The translations under genes and the position numbers were made by a program. Positions 20,611 to 30,274 of a stretch of 64,000 nt of DNA are shown piece by piece. The DNA is from an uncultured Methanosarcinales archaeon (GTDB taxonomy: Archaea; Nanobdellota; Nanobdellia; Woesearchaeales; CAXGTL01). Below the pieces are notes generated by a model. It saw only the letters and a list, made by a program, of their open reading frames with translations, had not been told where the DNA came from and made no database searches. Position 1 is the first letter of the stretch. Every line of letters starts with the position of its first letter. The DNA lies in assembly GCA_964535955.1 (NCBI GenBank), contig CAZHVK010000007.1, positions 4,118 through 68,117 of the forward strand, given 5' to 3'.

Positions 20611-21312
20611 TCAAAACAAACTTCTAACATCAATATAATCACCAATAGAATCATCCATAAGCATCTTATTCATCAGATCTGCAAACACAGCCTTTATCTG
20701 ATAAAGCAAATTTTTCTGTAGAATAGTAGTTTTATTTAATTCTTTGACAATGATATTTTGTTTATCAATCTTTAATCTTAAAAAATATTTTTCACCTAAA
20801 CAATCATTAAGAATATCAACAAATTTATCATGTTCTTTTTGAAAATCTTTAACAAAATTAGAAAACATCTTTACTTCAACACTCATATCAACAAGGTTCC
20901 AATCTTTTTTATCCACAAATCTTTTTATAATTTCAGCAGCTTTTCTGCCATCTTTTGTCAAAAAAGTAACCTTTAACTCAGCTAAATAATGTGCCAACCC
21001 AATTAGATTAACATTAATCAGTTGTTTTTCATTAACAAGATCAAGCAATTTATTTAATTTTTTAATTTGGGAATTAATTTTTTTTTTATCAACCAAATTA
21101 ATATCTTGTAGGTAAGAAAAGTCTTTATTAGTATTTGATTTGATTGGTTTAATCAACAACTTATTAAATTTATAAACCAATTTCTCAATATCTTCTAATT
21201 CATCAGAATCCTTCTTAAGCTGTCGAATATCTTTAATATCCTCTGACTTAATACTTGTTTCAGATATTTTTATAAGGAAATCATTTACTTTCATATTTTC
21301 ACACAAACCCAC
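20611..21312 (-). CDS. hypothetical protein downstream of and overlapping polB
   Basis: 233-aa ORF overlapping polB stop by 14 nt (likely co-transcribed). Confidence 0.4.
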   Translation of the reverse strand: MGLCENMKVNDFLIKISETSIKSEDIKDIRQLKKDSDELEDIEKLVYKFNKLLIKPIKSNTNKDFSYLQDINLVDKKKINSQIKKLNKLLDLVNEKQLINVNLIGLAHYLAELKVTFLTKDGRKAAEIIKRFVDKKDWNLVDMSVEVKMFSNFVKDFQKEHDKFVDILNDCLGEKYFLRLKIDKQNIIVKELNKTTILQKNLLYQIKAVFADLMNKMLMDDSIGDYIDVRSLF

Positions 21313-23746
21313 TCAACTTACTCTGACTCTGTTCTTCCAACAACTCCAACACATTATAACCCAATACTTCAAATATCTTCTCTACAGAAGGTATCACCTG
21401 ATTCTTTATATAATATTCAGCATCATAATCTTCCTGCTTTATTTCATCAGGCAGCCTAGCTTTATCTCTTATCCTACCTTTACCCATACCCACAATATAC
21501 TTTATCATTGAACCTGGTCCAACATCATATCCTCTTTCTATTAAACGCTTAGCAACAGCAACATGCGGCCCAATTGATTCATAATCCTTTATTCTTTTTT
21601 GTAATTGTGTATAGATAACAACCTTATCCTTAGGAATTTTTTTTAATCTAAGATTTTTAACAACATCTTTAACATAATTAAATGCCTTATTAGAATCACC
21701 TTCAATTAAAACAATATTCAATACATTTTCTTGAGTCTGTTTAGCAATAAAACTTACATTTCTACGAATACTTTCAAAACCTTTTACTTTTATCACACCA
21801 TCTTCTCTTAACAATGCATATCTTTTCTTTGCCCCATATGAACCATGTTTTACAGATACAAATATTCCTGTAGGAAAATAATCTTCATATTCCAGTTCCA
21901 TTAATTCTGGCAAATCTTTATTAATCTCTTTGCAAAAATCTTTAACATCTTGTTTAGTTTTATCTTTTAATAATATAAAAACAGAATCATTGTCAGAATA
22001 TAATATTCCAAAGCCTGTATTTTGTGCTTTTTCAATCACATTTTTAATATAATCTCTGCCAAATGCAGTTATACTTTCTGCACACTGTAAACTATACCAT
22101 CTTGCAGATGAAAATGCCAAATATCCATAGAATGAATTTGATAAATCTTTTAATGCTTGAACCCTTGCAGATAACAACTTTTTATCTTGGTCAGAGGTTT
22201 TAAGGATCTCTTTTACCCTCATTCTTCTTGTTATTATCTCTTCTAGAATAGATGAGATAAAACCTTTCTTATTTTCACAAAACCAATATTTTTTATCATC
22301 AACAATAATTGTGTTTTTAGAATCTTCACAACATGAGCAATTTAATGTTCCAAGGGATATGTTATGTGAAACCAAGATAGATGGCCAAAAACTTCTAAAA
22401 TCAATAATAGCAATATCTTTGTATAACCCAGGTTTTGGTTGATAAACAGAAGATCCTTTGTAAGTATTCATTAATCTGTCTTTTTTTAATTGATAATGAG
22501 GCTTGTTAGGAATTAATTCATTAAAATCAACTGTCCTTTTCATGATAAAAGTTTCAACCATTTGTGAATGGCTCATTCTTGTCACTCTAAACAATGGCAT
22601 ACTTACAATTTTAACAAGTTCTTCAATATTAGGATATATTTTATTAAATAATTTTAATGTTAACTCAGCATCCTGAAGATTATATTTACAAAATATTTCA
22701 ATCTCTTGCGGATTCTTATCCCAAGTTTGTGATAATTCACCAATATCAACTTCCAACTTGCCAACACCAAGAATTTCCTTTGAAACTTCATCTAAAGAAT
22801 AAGTATCTGTCTCCAATGACCGAGACATAACTCTTTTTATGAATTTGAAAATGTCAACATGCACAACCCCAATAATCCTTGCAACCTTATTTGTTCCTCT
22901 TCCAATCCTTATTCCAGAATGATCCAATCCAAGATCCAAACGAAGATTATATTTTTCAGCTCTTGTTTTTATGTATGGAATATCAAAACCATCTGAAAAA
23001 TAGCCTGTTATCACATCAGGCCTGTAGTTATTAATAATCTCATTGAATCTCTGTAAGAGGTTGGATTCACTATCAACAAACTCTATATATTCTAAATCTG
23101 TTTTAAACCGTTTCCAGCATAGAACTTTTTTAAAATCTTTGCAAGAAAAACCAATCATCAGAATCGGGTTTTTTTCTGGCATGATTGACTTGCCAAATGG
23201 TGAATAAGTTTCAATATCAATTGATAACACTCTTAAATTATCTATGGTATCATTACTTATTTGTTCAATCTTTTCAATTAAAAAGCTAGGTGATTTAAAG
23301 TTTTTATTAACAAACTCACCTTCTGCTTGTGTCAAACACAGTGGTGTTAGTTTTTTATCAATTATATATCTATTAACAAATCTTATATCTGATTCAAAAA
23401 CAAGTTTTGTATCTTTATAATCTTTAAAATATCTAGCAATAATTGGAATTTGTTTAGGTGTTCTTGATGTTATTCTCAATGTTTCAATTTGTTTATCCAT
23501 ATAATTCTTACTAACAATTTGAATATTTTTAATTTCAGCCTCATCAATAATCTTTCCATTAAACTCTTTTATAAATTCATCAACATTAACACCTGGTCTT
23601 AGCACCAGATAAAAATATGGATTAAAACTTCTATCTATGATACAGATAGGGTCGCCTGAGATTGTCTTACCAAATACAAGTATTTCTGGCCTACCATCTA
23701 TTACTTTGTAAGTAAAGTCCATTGGATAGAATTGTATTTTTGCCAT
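21299..23746 (-). CDS. polB: family B DNA polymerase
   Basis: Exo I (LSIDIETY), motif A (IDFRSFWPSIL), motif C variant (YSDNDS), KxY-like region; 815 aa. Confidence 0.9.
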   Translation of the reverse strand: MAKIQFYPMDFTYKVIDGRPEILVFGKTISGDPICIIDRSFNPYFYLVLRPGVNVDEFIKEFNGKIIDEAEIKNIQIVSKNYMDKQIETLRITSRTPKQIPIIARYFKDYKDTKLVFESDIRFVNRYIIDKKLTPLCLTQAEGEFVNKNFKSPSFLIEKIEQISNDTIDNLRVLSIDIETYSPFGKSIMPEKNPILMIGFSCKDFKKVLCWKRFKTDLEYIEFVDSESNLLQRFNEIINNYRPDVITGYFSDGFDIPYIKTRAEKYNLRLDLGLDHSGIRIGRGTNKVARIIGVVHVDIFKFIKRVMSRSLETDTYSLDEVSKEILGVGKLEVDIGELSQTWDKNPQEIEIFCKYNLQDAELTLKLFNKIYPNIEELVKIVSMPLFRVTRMSHSQMVETFIMKRTVDFNELIPNKPHYQLKKDRLMNTYKGSSVYQPKPGLYKDIAIIDFRSFWPSILVSHNISLGTLNCSCCEDSKNTIIVDDKKYWFCENKKGFISSILEEIITRRMRVKEILKTSDQDKKLLSARVQALKDLSNSFYGYLAFSSARWYSLQCAESITAFGRDYIKNVIEKAQNTGFGILYSDNDSVFILLKDKTKQDVKDFCKEINKDLPELMELEYEDYFPTGIFVSVKHGSYGAKKRYALLREDGVIKVKGFESIRRNVSFIAKQTQENVLNIVLIEGDSNKAFNYVKDVVKNLRLKKIPKDKVVIYTQLQKRIKDYESIGPHVAVAKRLIERGYDVGPGSMIKYIVGMGKGRIRDKARLPDEIKQEDYDAEYYIKNQVIPSVEKIFEVLGYNVLELLEEQSQSKLSGFV

Positions 23747-23770
23747 TGTATTGTTAGGCTACGTTAAATG

Positions 23771-23786
23771 CCCTCTATAAAGAGGG
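23771..23786. promoter_or_regulatory. perfect 6-bp-stem palindrome CCCTCTATAAAGAGGG between operon end and polB promoter
   Basis: inverted repeat; AT-rich TATA-like box lies just promoter-proximal on the minus strand. Confidence 0.3.
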
Positions 23787-23878
23787 TCATTTTAGCCTTT
23801 TTAGTGTATGGGTGAGTTTTATGGTATATAAATATATCTATGTTGTTGTATGTTTTTCTTATCCTATTTCTTTTTCAC

Positions 23879-24463
23879 TTATTTCTCTTTAGTCTTTAGA
23901 TAACCAAAATCACCAATATCTCCTGGATTAGTTCCATCTAATATATGCTCTGCAATTTTCTTCATTGTATACTGTCCACCACAATCAGCTTTGATCAATT
24001 CTATTGCATAACTTCTATGTGCAACTTGTTCTTTCTTATACATATCACAATGACAGCACACTAGTGTTATGTCTTTTCCTCTTTCTCCTGTTTTCCAATC
24101 ATGGTTAATCATTCCAGCTGCTTGAAGTGACTGGTCTAATGCATTTGTTCCTGCATATACAAACACATGTTCAATAAGGTCAGCATCTTGTCTAAGATTG
24201 AATTGTTCATAAAACTCATCAACAACTCTTTGTGCTTGTTCTCTTTTTCCTTCATTTGACCTATCATGACCTTCCCATCCATAGATGATGAGTCTTCCAT
24301 CTCCATAAACACCTGGCCTAAAGTCTTCAACACGTCTGTATGTCATTAGAACAATTGCTTTTTTTCCATTCTGTTTTAGCATTTGTTCTAGGTTTTGCTT
24401 ATCTACCACTCTTCCATTGTATTTTGGTTCTTGTTTTTTTTCTTTTTCTTTGTTTTCTTCCAT
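23879..24463 (-). CDS. hypothetical protein, paralog of the C-terminal domain of the upstream gene (conserved HVFxYxGxNA / CxCHxD motifs)
   Basis: 194 aa; aligns with residues ~190-330 of the 24470-25531 product (MTYxRV, GxLxIY, RVxDxFY, HVFVY, HD, CCHCD). Confidence 0.5.
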   Translation of the reverse strand: MEENKEKEKKQEPKYNGRVVDKQNLEQMLKQNGKKAIVLMTYRRVEDFRPGVYGDGRLIIYGWEGHDRSNEGKREQAQRVVDEFYEQFNLRQDADLIEHVFVYAGTNALDQSLQAAGMINHDWKTGERGKDITLVCCHCDMYKKEQVAHRSYAIELIKADCGGQYTMKKIAEHILDGTNPGDIGDFGYLKTKEK

Positions 24464-24469
24464 TTTTAT

Positions 24470-25531
24470 TCACCTTGTTCTATTTCTTATCCCTCTTGTC
24501 TTTTTCCATCTCCTTTTTTTTCCATTACCAATCTTTCCAACACCTTTTTTCTTGTTTGTTTTATAATCTTCAACAATCATGTTAGCAATTGTCTGCAGAT
24601 CACTTTCATATATCAGATCCATGTCATGAGCATCTGCAGTCTTTTTCTTCTCATCATAATGACAACCGCACGAAGCTAGTGACACTTTACCATGTAGGTC
24701 ATGTTGTATGTACAAAGCAGCATCTAACATTTCTTTCCAAGCATTTAACCCAGAATACAAAAACACATGTGCAATCTCATCACCACGCTGTCTAAGATTA
24801 TCAAAATCATCATAAAACTGGTCAATTACTCTTTTCGCAATACCAACAGCATGATCACCACCAAACTCCACACCAGAGATCTTTGCATCATATATTCTTA
24901 GTTTTCCACTACAATGTACACCATAACAAGGTTTGACTCGATTGTAAGTCATGATAACAATAGCTCCATCAGCATCAACTAATCCTCCATACTTAAGTAT
25001 TAATTCTATATCTTTTCTTTTACTGTTCAAACTACCTTTCTTATACCTTACAGAAGTATGTAATTCACCATAAACATCAAATTCATATTTATGCGGATTC
25101 CAAGGCATTGTAAATCTTGTACCACTTACTTGTTCATAATCTATTGATTGTTTTTTATAATCAATTGGAATAATATTTCTAATGTTTTCAAACATGTCAC
25201 TTAATTTCTTAGCATTTTCAGCACTTTCAATATCCTGTCCAAATAATATTCCATCTATTGCTGAATAATCAATCCCATTACAAGGTTTCCCATCTAAACA
25301 ATCTTCTAAACATGGAAGCCTGACTACCTTGACTTTCATCTTAGTTTGATTACTATTATTATGCCTGCCTGGTTGTTTAAATTCATAAACATCTGATAAA
25401 AGTTTATGAAAACCACGTTTTTCCATGCTTTGTTCATCAGGCTCAGCACTTATCAAACCAAGCACATATTCATATTTTATTTGTTCAATTTGTTTTTTTA
25501 ATTCTGATTCATTTATTGACATTTTATTCAC
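24470..25531 (-). CDS. hypothetical protein, N-terminal Cys-containing domain plus the paralogous His/Cys-motif domain
   Basis: 353 aa; C-terminal half paralogous to 23879-24463; Arg/Lys-rich tail. Confidence 0.5.
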   Translation of the reverse strand: MNKMSINESELKKQIEQIKYEYVLGLISAEPDEQSMEKRGFHKLLSDVYEFKQPGRHNNSNQTKMKVKVVRLPCLEDCLDGKPCNGIDYSAIDGILFGQDIESAENAKKLSDMFENIRNIIPIDYKKQSIDYEQVSGTRFTMPWNPHKYEFDVYGELHTSVRYKKGSLNSKRKDIELILKYGGLVDADGAIVIMTYNRVKPCYGVHCSGKLRIYDAKISGVEFGGDHAVGIAKRVIDQFYDDFDNLRQRGDEIAHVFLYSGLNAWKEMLDAALYIQHDLHGKVSLASCGCHYDEKKKTADAHDMDLIYESDLQTIANMIVEDYKTNKKKGVGKIGNGKKRRWKKTRGIRNRTR

Positions 25532-25971
25532 CTTTTATATTCCTCTACATACATCTCTACCAAATCTTTTAATTTGAATGTTATTTCTTTTGTTTTAACA
25601 ATTTCTTGTACTTGTGATTTAACAAAACTTCTCACATCTTGAGGTGATCCGCTTGTATAGATAATTGGAATCTTGTCATCAATATCTCTTATGTCACTTA
25701 ATGTCTGTGGACCTTGTGCAATACCCTTGTATGCATCATTATCAAGCACAACCAATGAATAACACTCTGTTTCGATTTCATCAACAGCTTGGTCTTGTTT
25801 ACAATAAATAATCTCGATTCCATAATCTTTTTTTATTGCTTCTGAAAATGAAGTTTCATAAATAAGATCATCATCTACCCAAAGTATCTTTACAATGACA
25901 TCTACTGAAAGCTTTGCATCTTTAACATATTTTACATCTTCAAACTTCCCAAAATAATCATCATCAATCAT
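25528..25971 (-). CDS. receiver (REC) domain protein with N-terminal DYFGKFEDVKY motif
   Basis: ILWVDDD, LVVLDNDA, IPIIYTSG, K in CheY-like order; start placed at internal Met (MIDDDYF) so that the overlap with the LRR gene is removed. Confidence 0.5.
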   Translation of the reverse strand: MIDDDYFGKFEDVKYVKDAKLSVDVIVKILWVDDDLIYETSFSEAIKKDYGIEIIYCKQDQAVDEIETECYSLVVLDNDAYKGIAQGPQTLSDIRDIDDKIPIIYTSGSPQDVRSFVKSQVQEIVKTKEITFKLKDLVEMYVEEYKR

Positions 25972-25972
25972 T

Positions 25973-26473
25973 TTATATGTAAAACTGCACCCCTCTGTCA
26001 CATAATTTTTTGAGTTCTCTTTTAATGTCAGGATCTTTATTATCAATCAGATTTCCTACTAAATTCAGTCCTCGTAGTTCTTCTAAATCATCTAAATGTC
26101 TTATTTTTTTGATTTGATTGCGTACTAAATGCAGATATTGTAATCTGCTTAATTCAGCTATTTCTCTAGGGATCTCTTTTAGTCCTTGATTATCCAAGTC
26201 TAACCTGACGACATGTTTATTTTCAATTATCACATTAACATCATTATCATCTGCAGGAGGTTTATTAAAATATTCTTTAACATCTTTACCAAAATATTTC
26301 TGAGTCATAAACTGTAATACAGTATATTCATATGGATCCAGCCTGCTTCCATGAATATCAATAATTTCTTTTTTATCATAACCAATCTTAATTACAGGAA
26401 GTTCTGAATCTTCAACAAATTTCACTTTCCTAAATCTTTTAAAATATTCATCAAACATTTTTGTTACCTCCAA
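25973..26473 (-). CDS. leucine-rich-repeat protein with N-terminal EYFKRFRKVKF motif
   Basis: LxxLxLxxNxI repeats (LDLDNQGLKEIP, LQYLHLVRNQI, LRGLNLVGNLI). Confidence 0.6.
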   Translation of the reverse strand: MEVTKMFDEYFKRFRKVKFVEDSELPVIKIGYDKKEIIDIHGSRLDPYEYTVLQFMTQKYFGKDVKEYFNKPPADDNDVNVIIENKHVVRLDLDNQGLKEIPREIAELSRLQYLHLVRNQIKKIRHLDDLEELRGLNLVGNLIDNKDPDIKRELKKLCDRGVQFYI

Positions 26474-26530
26474 AATATTCTATTTTGATGGTCCATCAAA
26501 TTGTTTCTCAATTTGAGTTTCCTCCATCAA

Positions 26531-27244
26531 TCATTCTTTGTTCCTCAAAACTTTGTAATCCACGCAATGCACAATTGTTTTTTTAATATCAATATTATTT
26601 TCTTCAAAATAAGGTTTTAGATCATGAAGCACTTTGTTAAAACTATGTTTACTAGCAGCAGCAATCCTTATTGTACCATTACTCAGTATCCTAAACTCAG
26701 GTATTTTTTCCATTGTATGTGCAATATTTTTTTCATACAATTCTGTTGAAACAATATCACTTATCTCATGAGTCTTGGTATCAATCATCCTAATTCCTTT
26801 TCCTTTTTTGCTTATTCCACACGCAATTATCTTGTTATACTGTTTACCAACCACATTGCCAAGGACAACAGGCAGTATATCAGACACACAAATATCCAGA
26901 TTATATATTTCCTCAACAAACAACTGCAGATTAGCAAGATCAACAACCTTTGTAGTCAAGTAATACAAATGTCCATGAGACTTTTGTGTTCCTGTTCCAA
27001 TGTACAGTTCACCTAGGGTATTATCTTTTTTATTAGGAAGTATTCCTACAATATTTATCCTGCTCAAACATGTTCTTCCATAAGGAAGTGTAAAACTAAT
27101 ATCTTTGCCAAGATAAACATTAGCATTATCAATCCTTATTATTTGTTTCAGAGGCATGAATACTGAAGCTGTTTTCTTGCCTTTACCAGCAGCAACTTCA
27201 TGTTCAAGCTTTCCAAATCTATTAAAATAATTGTCTTGTGTCAT
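26531..27244 (-). CDS. hypothetical protein, member of a 3-paralog family in this operon
   Basis: shares DILPVVLG, GTG...Y, GIRMI blocks with 29521-30273; N-terminal NYFNRF. Confidence 0.5.
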   Translation of the reverse strand: MTQDNYFNRFGKLEHEVAAGKGKKTASVFMPLKQIIRIDNANVYLGKDISFTLPYGRTCLSRINIVGILPNKKDNTLGELYIGTGTQKSHGHLYYLTTKVVDLANLQLFVEEIYNLDICVSDILPVVLGNVVGKQYNKIIACGISKKGKGIRMIDTKTHEISDIVSTELYEKNIAHTMEKIPEFRILSNGTIRIAAASKHSFNKVLHDLKPYFEENNIDIKKTIVHCVDYKVLRNKE

Positions 27245-28797
27245 TTTAGATTTACATTTACCTCTCCAATTATAATATTAGGAATATCTTTAGGTTCTCT
27301 TACATGGTATATCATGAAATCAGCATCATTAAACTGTTCTTGATAATGTTCAACATCATATCTTCCAGTATAAACAACACAGACCCTGTTCACATCAGGC
27401 AGATTTTTAAGATAATTAAAAAACATATCCAACCCACTTATCTCAAGATCAGACACAACAACAATGTCTAGTTCTTTTTCAGACTCAGTAACAATCTTTT
27501 TCAATTTTTCAAGATTTTTATTATCAATAACAGTTCCGCCATTGTTTGACTTTGTAAGACCAGAAAATATACTCAATTGATCAGTCTGAAAACTTTTTTC
27601 TAATTCTATGTCATCAACAACTGCATTAAACAGATAAACACCTACTTTTGATTCATTCTCTAGATAAGCTTTTGCAGTTGCAACACAAGCAGCTTCTGCA
27701 TAAGGCTCGCAATGTGTCATACTTCCTGATATATCCTTGATTATCAATACATTTGGCACCTGGTCAGAATCTTTGTAAGCAATTCCTTGTTCTTTTATCC
27801 ATGTTTTACCCAAACCAGGACAAAATGGTTTTCCAAGTGAAGCAAAAACATCTACATCAAGCGGATTATCATCTATTTCATACTCTTTGTGTGAATAAGG
27901 AAACATTGACCCATTTTCATGTATTTTTCTTTTCCTTATCTCAGGCCTGTAGTTTTCAGCAAGATTCTCAAAATAAATAATGTCTCTTAATTTATTATCA
28001 CCAACCATATTACCAGGCAGTATACCATTTGCAACAAGACGACCCACAATTTTATCAAATTCATCTTTGTCTTTTGAACATGCTAATTGTTTCAAAGCTT
28101 TCTTGATTTCATTTTTATCATATGCTTTTTCTCCAAACACTCCAAAACCAGGCATACCCATTGACAAATCTTCTGGCTTCATACCATAAAGATTCATGAT
28201 ATCAACAATTATTCTTGTAAATCTTTTAACATTTCTTACTTCATTTTTTGCATCAAAATAATCAATTGTTGACAATCTCTCTACTTGTTTTTTCAGGAAT
28301 TTATCTAATTTATTTTGTTTTAATCCAAGATCTTTTTTTATTGCATTCTGCATATATGCTTTGATAACTTTCATAACAGGATTGTTTGGTTTGATAACCC
28401 TTAGAAAGTCAGTGATTTCATCAACATTTTTCTTTAGTATTAGATCTAGGTTAACACAAACATCAGAATAAATTCTTGAAGCCTGCAGCCCAATATTTTC
28501 ATCAACTTTTAGACCAGCTTGATCCATTAAAATAGCTCTAAAAAGATCATACGGATTATACAGATAATGATCAATTTCATGTGACAATAATCCTGTAAAT
28601 ATTGTATCATATGATAATCCTTTTCCATGTAATTCTTGAACAAATGCATCACATACTTCTATTTGATGATCCCTCATATCAATTGAAGCTGTTTGAGTCT
28701 CATCAAAACCTACTAACATTGGCCTTGGCAAATTAGGAAAATAAAACTTTTTTCTTACTAATTTCCAGTTTTCCAGCATTATTTGTTCTAGGTTCAT
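27241..28797 (-). CDS. von Willebrand factor A (vWA) domain protein
   Basis: C-terminal MIDAS motif DISGSMT followed by an alpha/beta pattern; start set at Met-13 giving ATGA overlap with the upstream gene. Confidence 0.55.
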   Translation of the reverse strand: MNLEQIMLENWKLVRKKFYFPNLPRPMLVGFDETQTASIDMRDHQIEVCDAFVQELHGKGLSYDTIFTGLLSHEIDHYLYNPYDLFRAILMDQAGLKVDENIGLQASRIYSDVCVNLDLILKKNVDEITDFLRVIKPNNPVMKVIKAYMQNAIKKDLGLKQNKLDKFLKKQVERLSTIDYFDAKNEVRNVKRFTRIIVDIMNLYGMKPEDLSMGMPGFGVFGEKAYDKNEIKKALKQLACSKDKDEFDKIVGRLVANGILPGNMVGDNKLRDIIYFENLAENYRPEIRKRKIHENGSMFPYSHKEYEIDDNPLDVDVFASLGKPFCPGLGKTWIKEQGIAYKDSDQVPNVLIIKDISGSMTHCEPYAEAACVATAKAYLENESKVGVYLFNAVVDDIELEKSFQTDQLSIFSGLTKSNNGGTVIDNKNLEKLKKIVTESEKELDIVVVSDLEISGLDMFFNYLKNLPDVNRVCVVYTGRYDVEHYQEQFNDADFMIYHVREPKDIPNIIIGEVNVNLK

Positions 28798-29528
28798 AGT
28801 TCTGACAACCTCATCATCGGCCTCCACCTGCATGCAAAATAAGGATATTGCAGATATTTGTTAATCACCATTGCCATGTCATTTCTTTCTGCCAAGACAA
28901 CTTGAACCCTTTCTGCCGTCATTGAATCATGCTTATATGTTGAACCAGTTGAATAAACAGTGATAAAATCATTTGGAATATCATAATTATAAATACGCAC
29001 TAAAAAAGTTTCCAAAGAGTTTGCATGATCAATAACCTCTTCTTTACCATATAATCCTGAAAAATAAACTACTTTCTCAACTTCTTTAAATTCTATATCA
29101 TCTTTAAAATCACTAGTCAATTTTTCAAAGTGATAAGCAATACAATTTGAAACATCTTTTCTATGACCATGATCAGGTCTATAATCTAATGTAATATATC
29201 CTTCATCAAGATACATAAATGGATCATACATCAAAAGCTCATCTGTCTTGATCCTATTATCAACTTCAATCATCTTTGAAAATTGTTTCATCAGCTTTGA
29301 AAGCTTTGAATAATATTGTATTTCATTAATACCAGGCGCAATAATATCATTTACCAAATTATATAACATAGGATATTGCTTAGCATGTTTATGATTAACC
29401 CTCACAAAATCCAAAGCCTCATAAGTCACAACAATCAATTTTGGTTTTAGTTTCTCAATTACCAATTCCTTTATATCTTTAAATTCCACATCCTTGAATT
29501 TTTCAAAATATTCATTCATTTTAATCAA
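28794..29528 (-). CDS. hypothetical protein with N-terminal MIKMNEYFEKFKDVEFKD motif
   Basis: 244 aa; N-terminal 25 aa nearly identical to the next gene product. Confidence 0.5.
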   Translation of the reverse strand: MIKMNEYFEKFKDVEFKDIKELVIEKLKPKLIVVTYEALDFVRVNHKHAKQYPMLYNLVNDIIAPGINEIQYYSKLSKLMKQFSKMIEVDNRIKTDELLMYDPFMYLDEGYITLDYRPDHGHRKDVSNCIAYHFEKLTSDFKDDIEFKEVEKVVYFSGLYGKEEVIDHANSLETFLVRIYNYDIPNDFITVYSTGSTYKHDSMTAERVQVVLAERNDMAMVINKYLQYPYFACRWRPMMRLSEL

Positions 29529-30273
29529 CTCTCTTGATAAGGTAATAATTTTTACAATACTCCAGTGTTTTTTCCAAACTTATAGCATGCTTTTTAAGAT
29601 AAGAACCAAGATCAACTAAGTTCTCACTCCTAATACAATTATCATCAAAGACCATCTTAAGCAAGATCTTGTTTTGATCATTATCAATCATAAAACTAGG
29701 TACAAAACCAGTTGGAAATGGTTCTAGTTTCTTGTATTCTTTGTTTGATATTATATCAGTAATAACATTATCACTACACTTGATCATTCTCAATCCTTGA
29801 GAATACATGCTTCTTCCACACACAAGCAAATGTTCTGAAGGATAGCCCTCAAACAGTTCTTCATCTTCAAGCACAACAGGCAAAATATCTTTTACAAAAA
29901 CATCTACTGAACTTATTCTCTTAAGATATATCTCATTTTCTGATGTATCTTTATTTTGTTTTAATCCAAATGTATAGATATTACCCATAGCGCAGTCTCC
30001 TGTTCCTGCATAAATCCTTGTTGCATCATCAAAATATTCTCTATCAATATAAGTACCACAGACATTAATCCTATGACAAGGACCCAAAGGATTATATTTT
30101 GCTTTGACAGGAACTTCAAACATTAGTTTATTGTCTAAATATACTTTTTTGTCATTGTAACTCAGCCTATTCACAAACACTGGTTTTTGATTTGGTTTTT
30201 CAGCTAGTAAAATCCCTATCTCTTTATATTCCACATCCTTAAACCTGTCAAAATAATCATTCATTTTAATCAA
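29521..30273 (-). CDS. hypothetical protein with N-terminal MIKMNDYFDRFKDVEYKE motif, paralog of 26531-27244
   Basis: 250 aa; conserved blocks DILPVVLE, GTGDCAMGNIY, GLRMIKC. Confidence 0.5.
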   Translation of the reverse strand: MIKMNDYFDRFKDVEYKEIGILLAEKPNQKPVFVNRLSYNDKKVYLDNKLMFEVPVKAKYNPLGPCHRINVCGTYIDREYFDDATRIYAGTGDCAMGNIYTFGLKQNKDTSENEIYLKRISSVDVFVKDILPVVLEDEELFEGYPSEHLLVCGRSMYSQGLRMIKCSDNVITDIISNKEYKKLEPFPTGFVPSFMIDNDQNKILLKMVFDDNCIRSENLVDLGSYLKKHAISLEKTLEYCKNYYLIKRVD

Positions 30274-30274
30274 C

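Noticed and set aside
24340-24795. Plus-strand ORFs (81, 94, 68 aa) with Phe/His-rich sequences
   Set aside because: Antisense to well-supported minus-strand operon genes; no independent support.
28794-28833. 40-nt overlap between vWA gene and upstream gene as annotated by the ORF track
   Set aside because: Resolved by using the internal Met (ATGA overlap at 28794-28797) as the vWA start; not a true long overlap.
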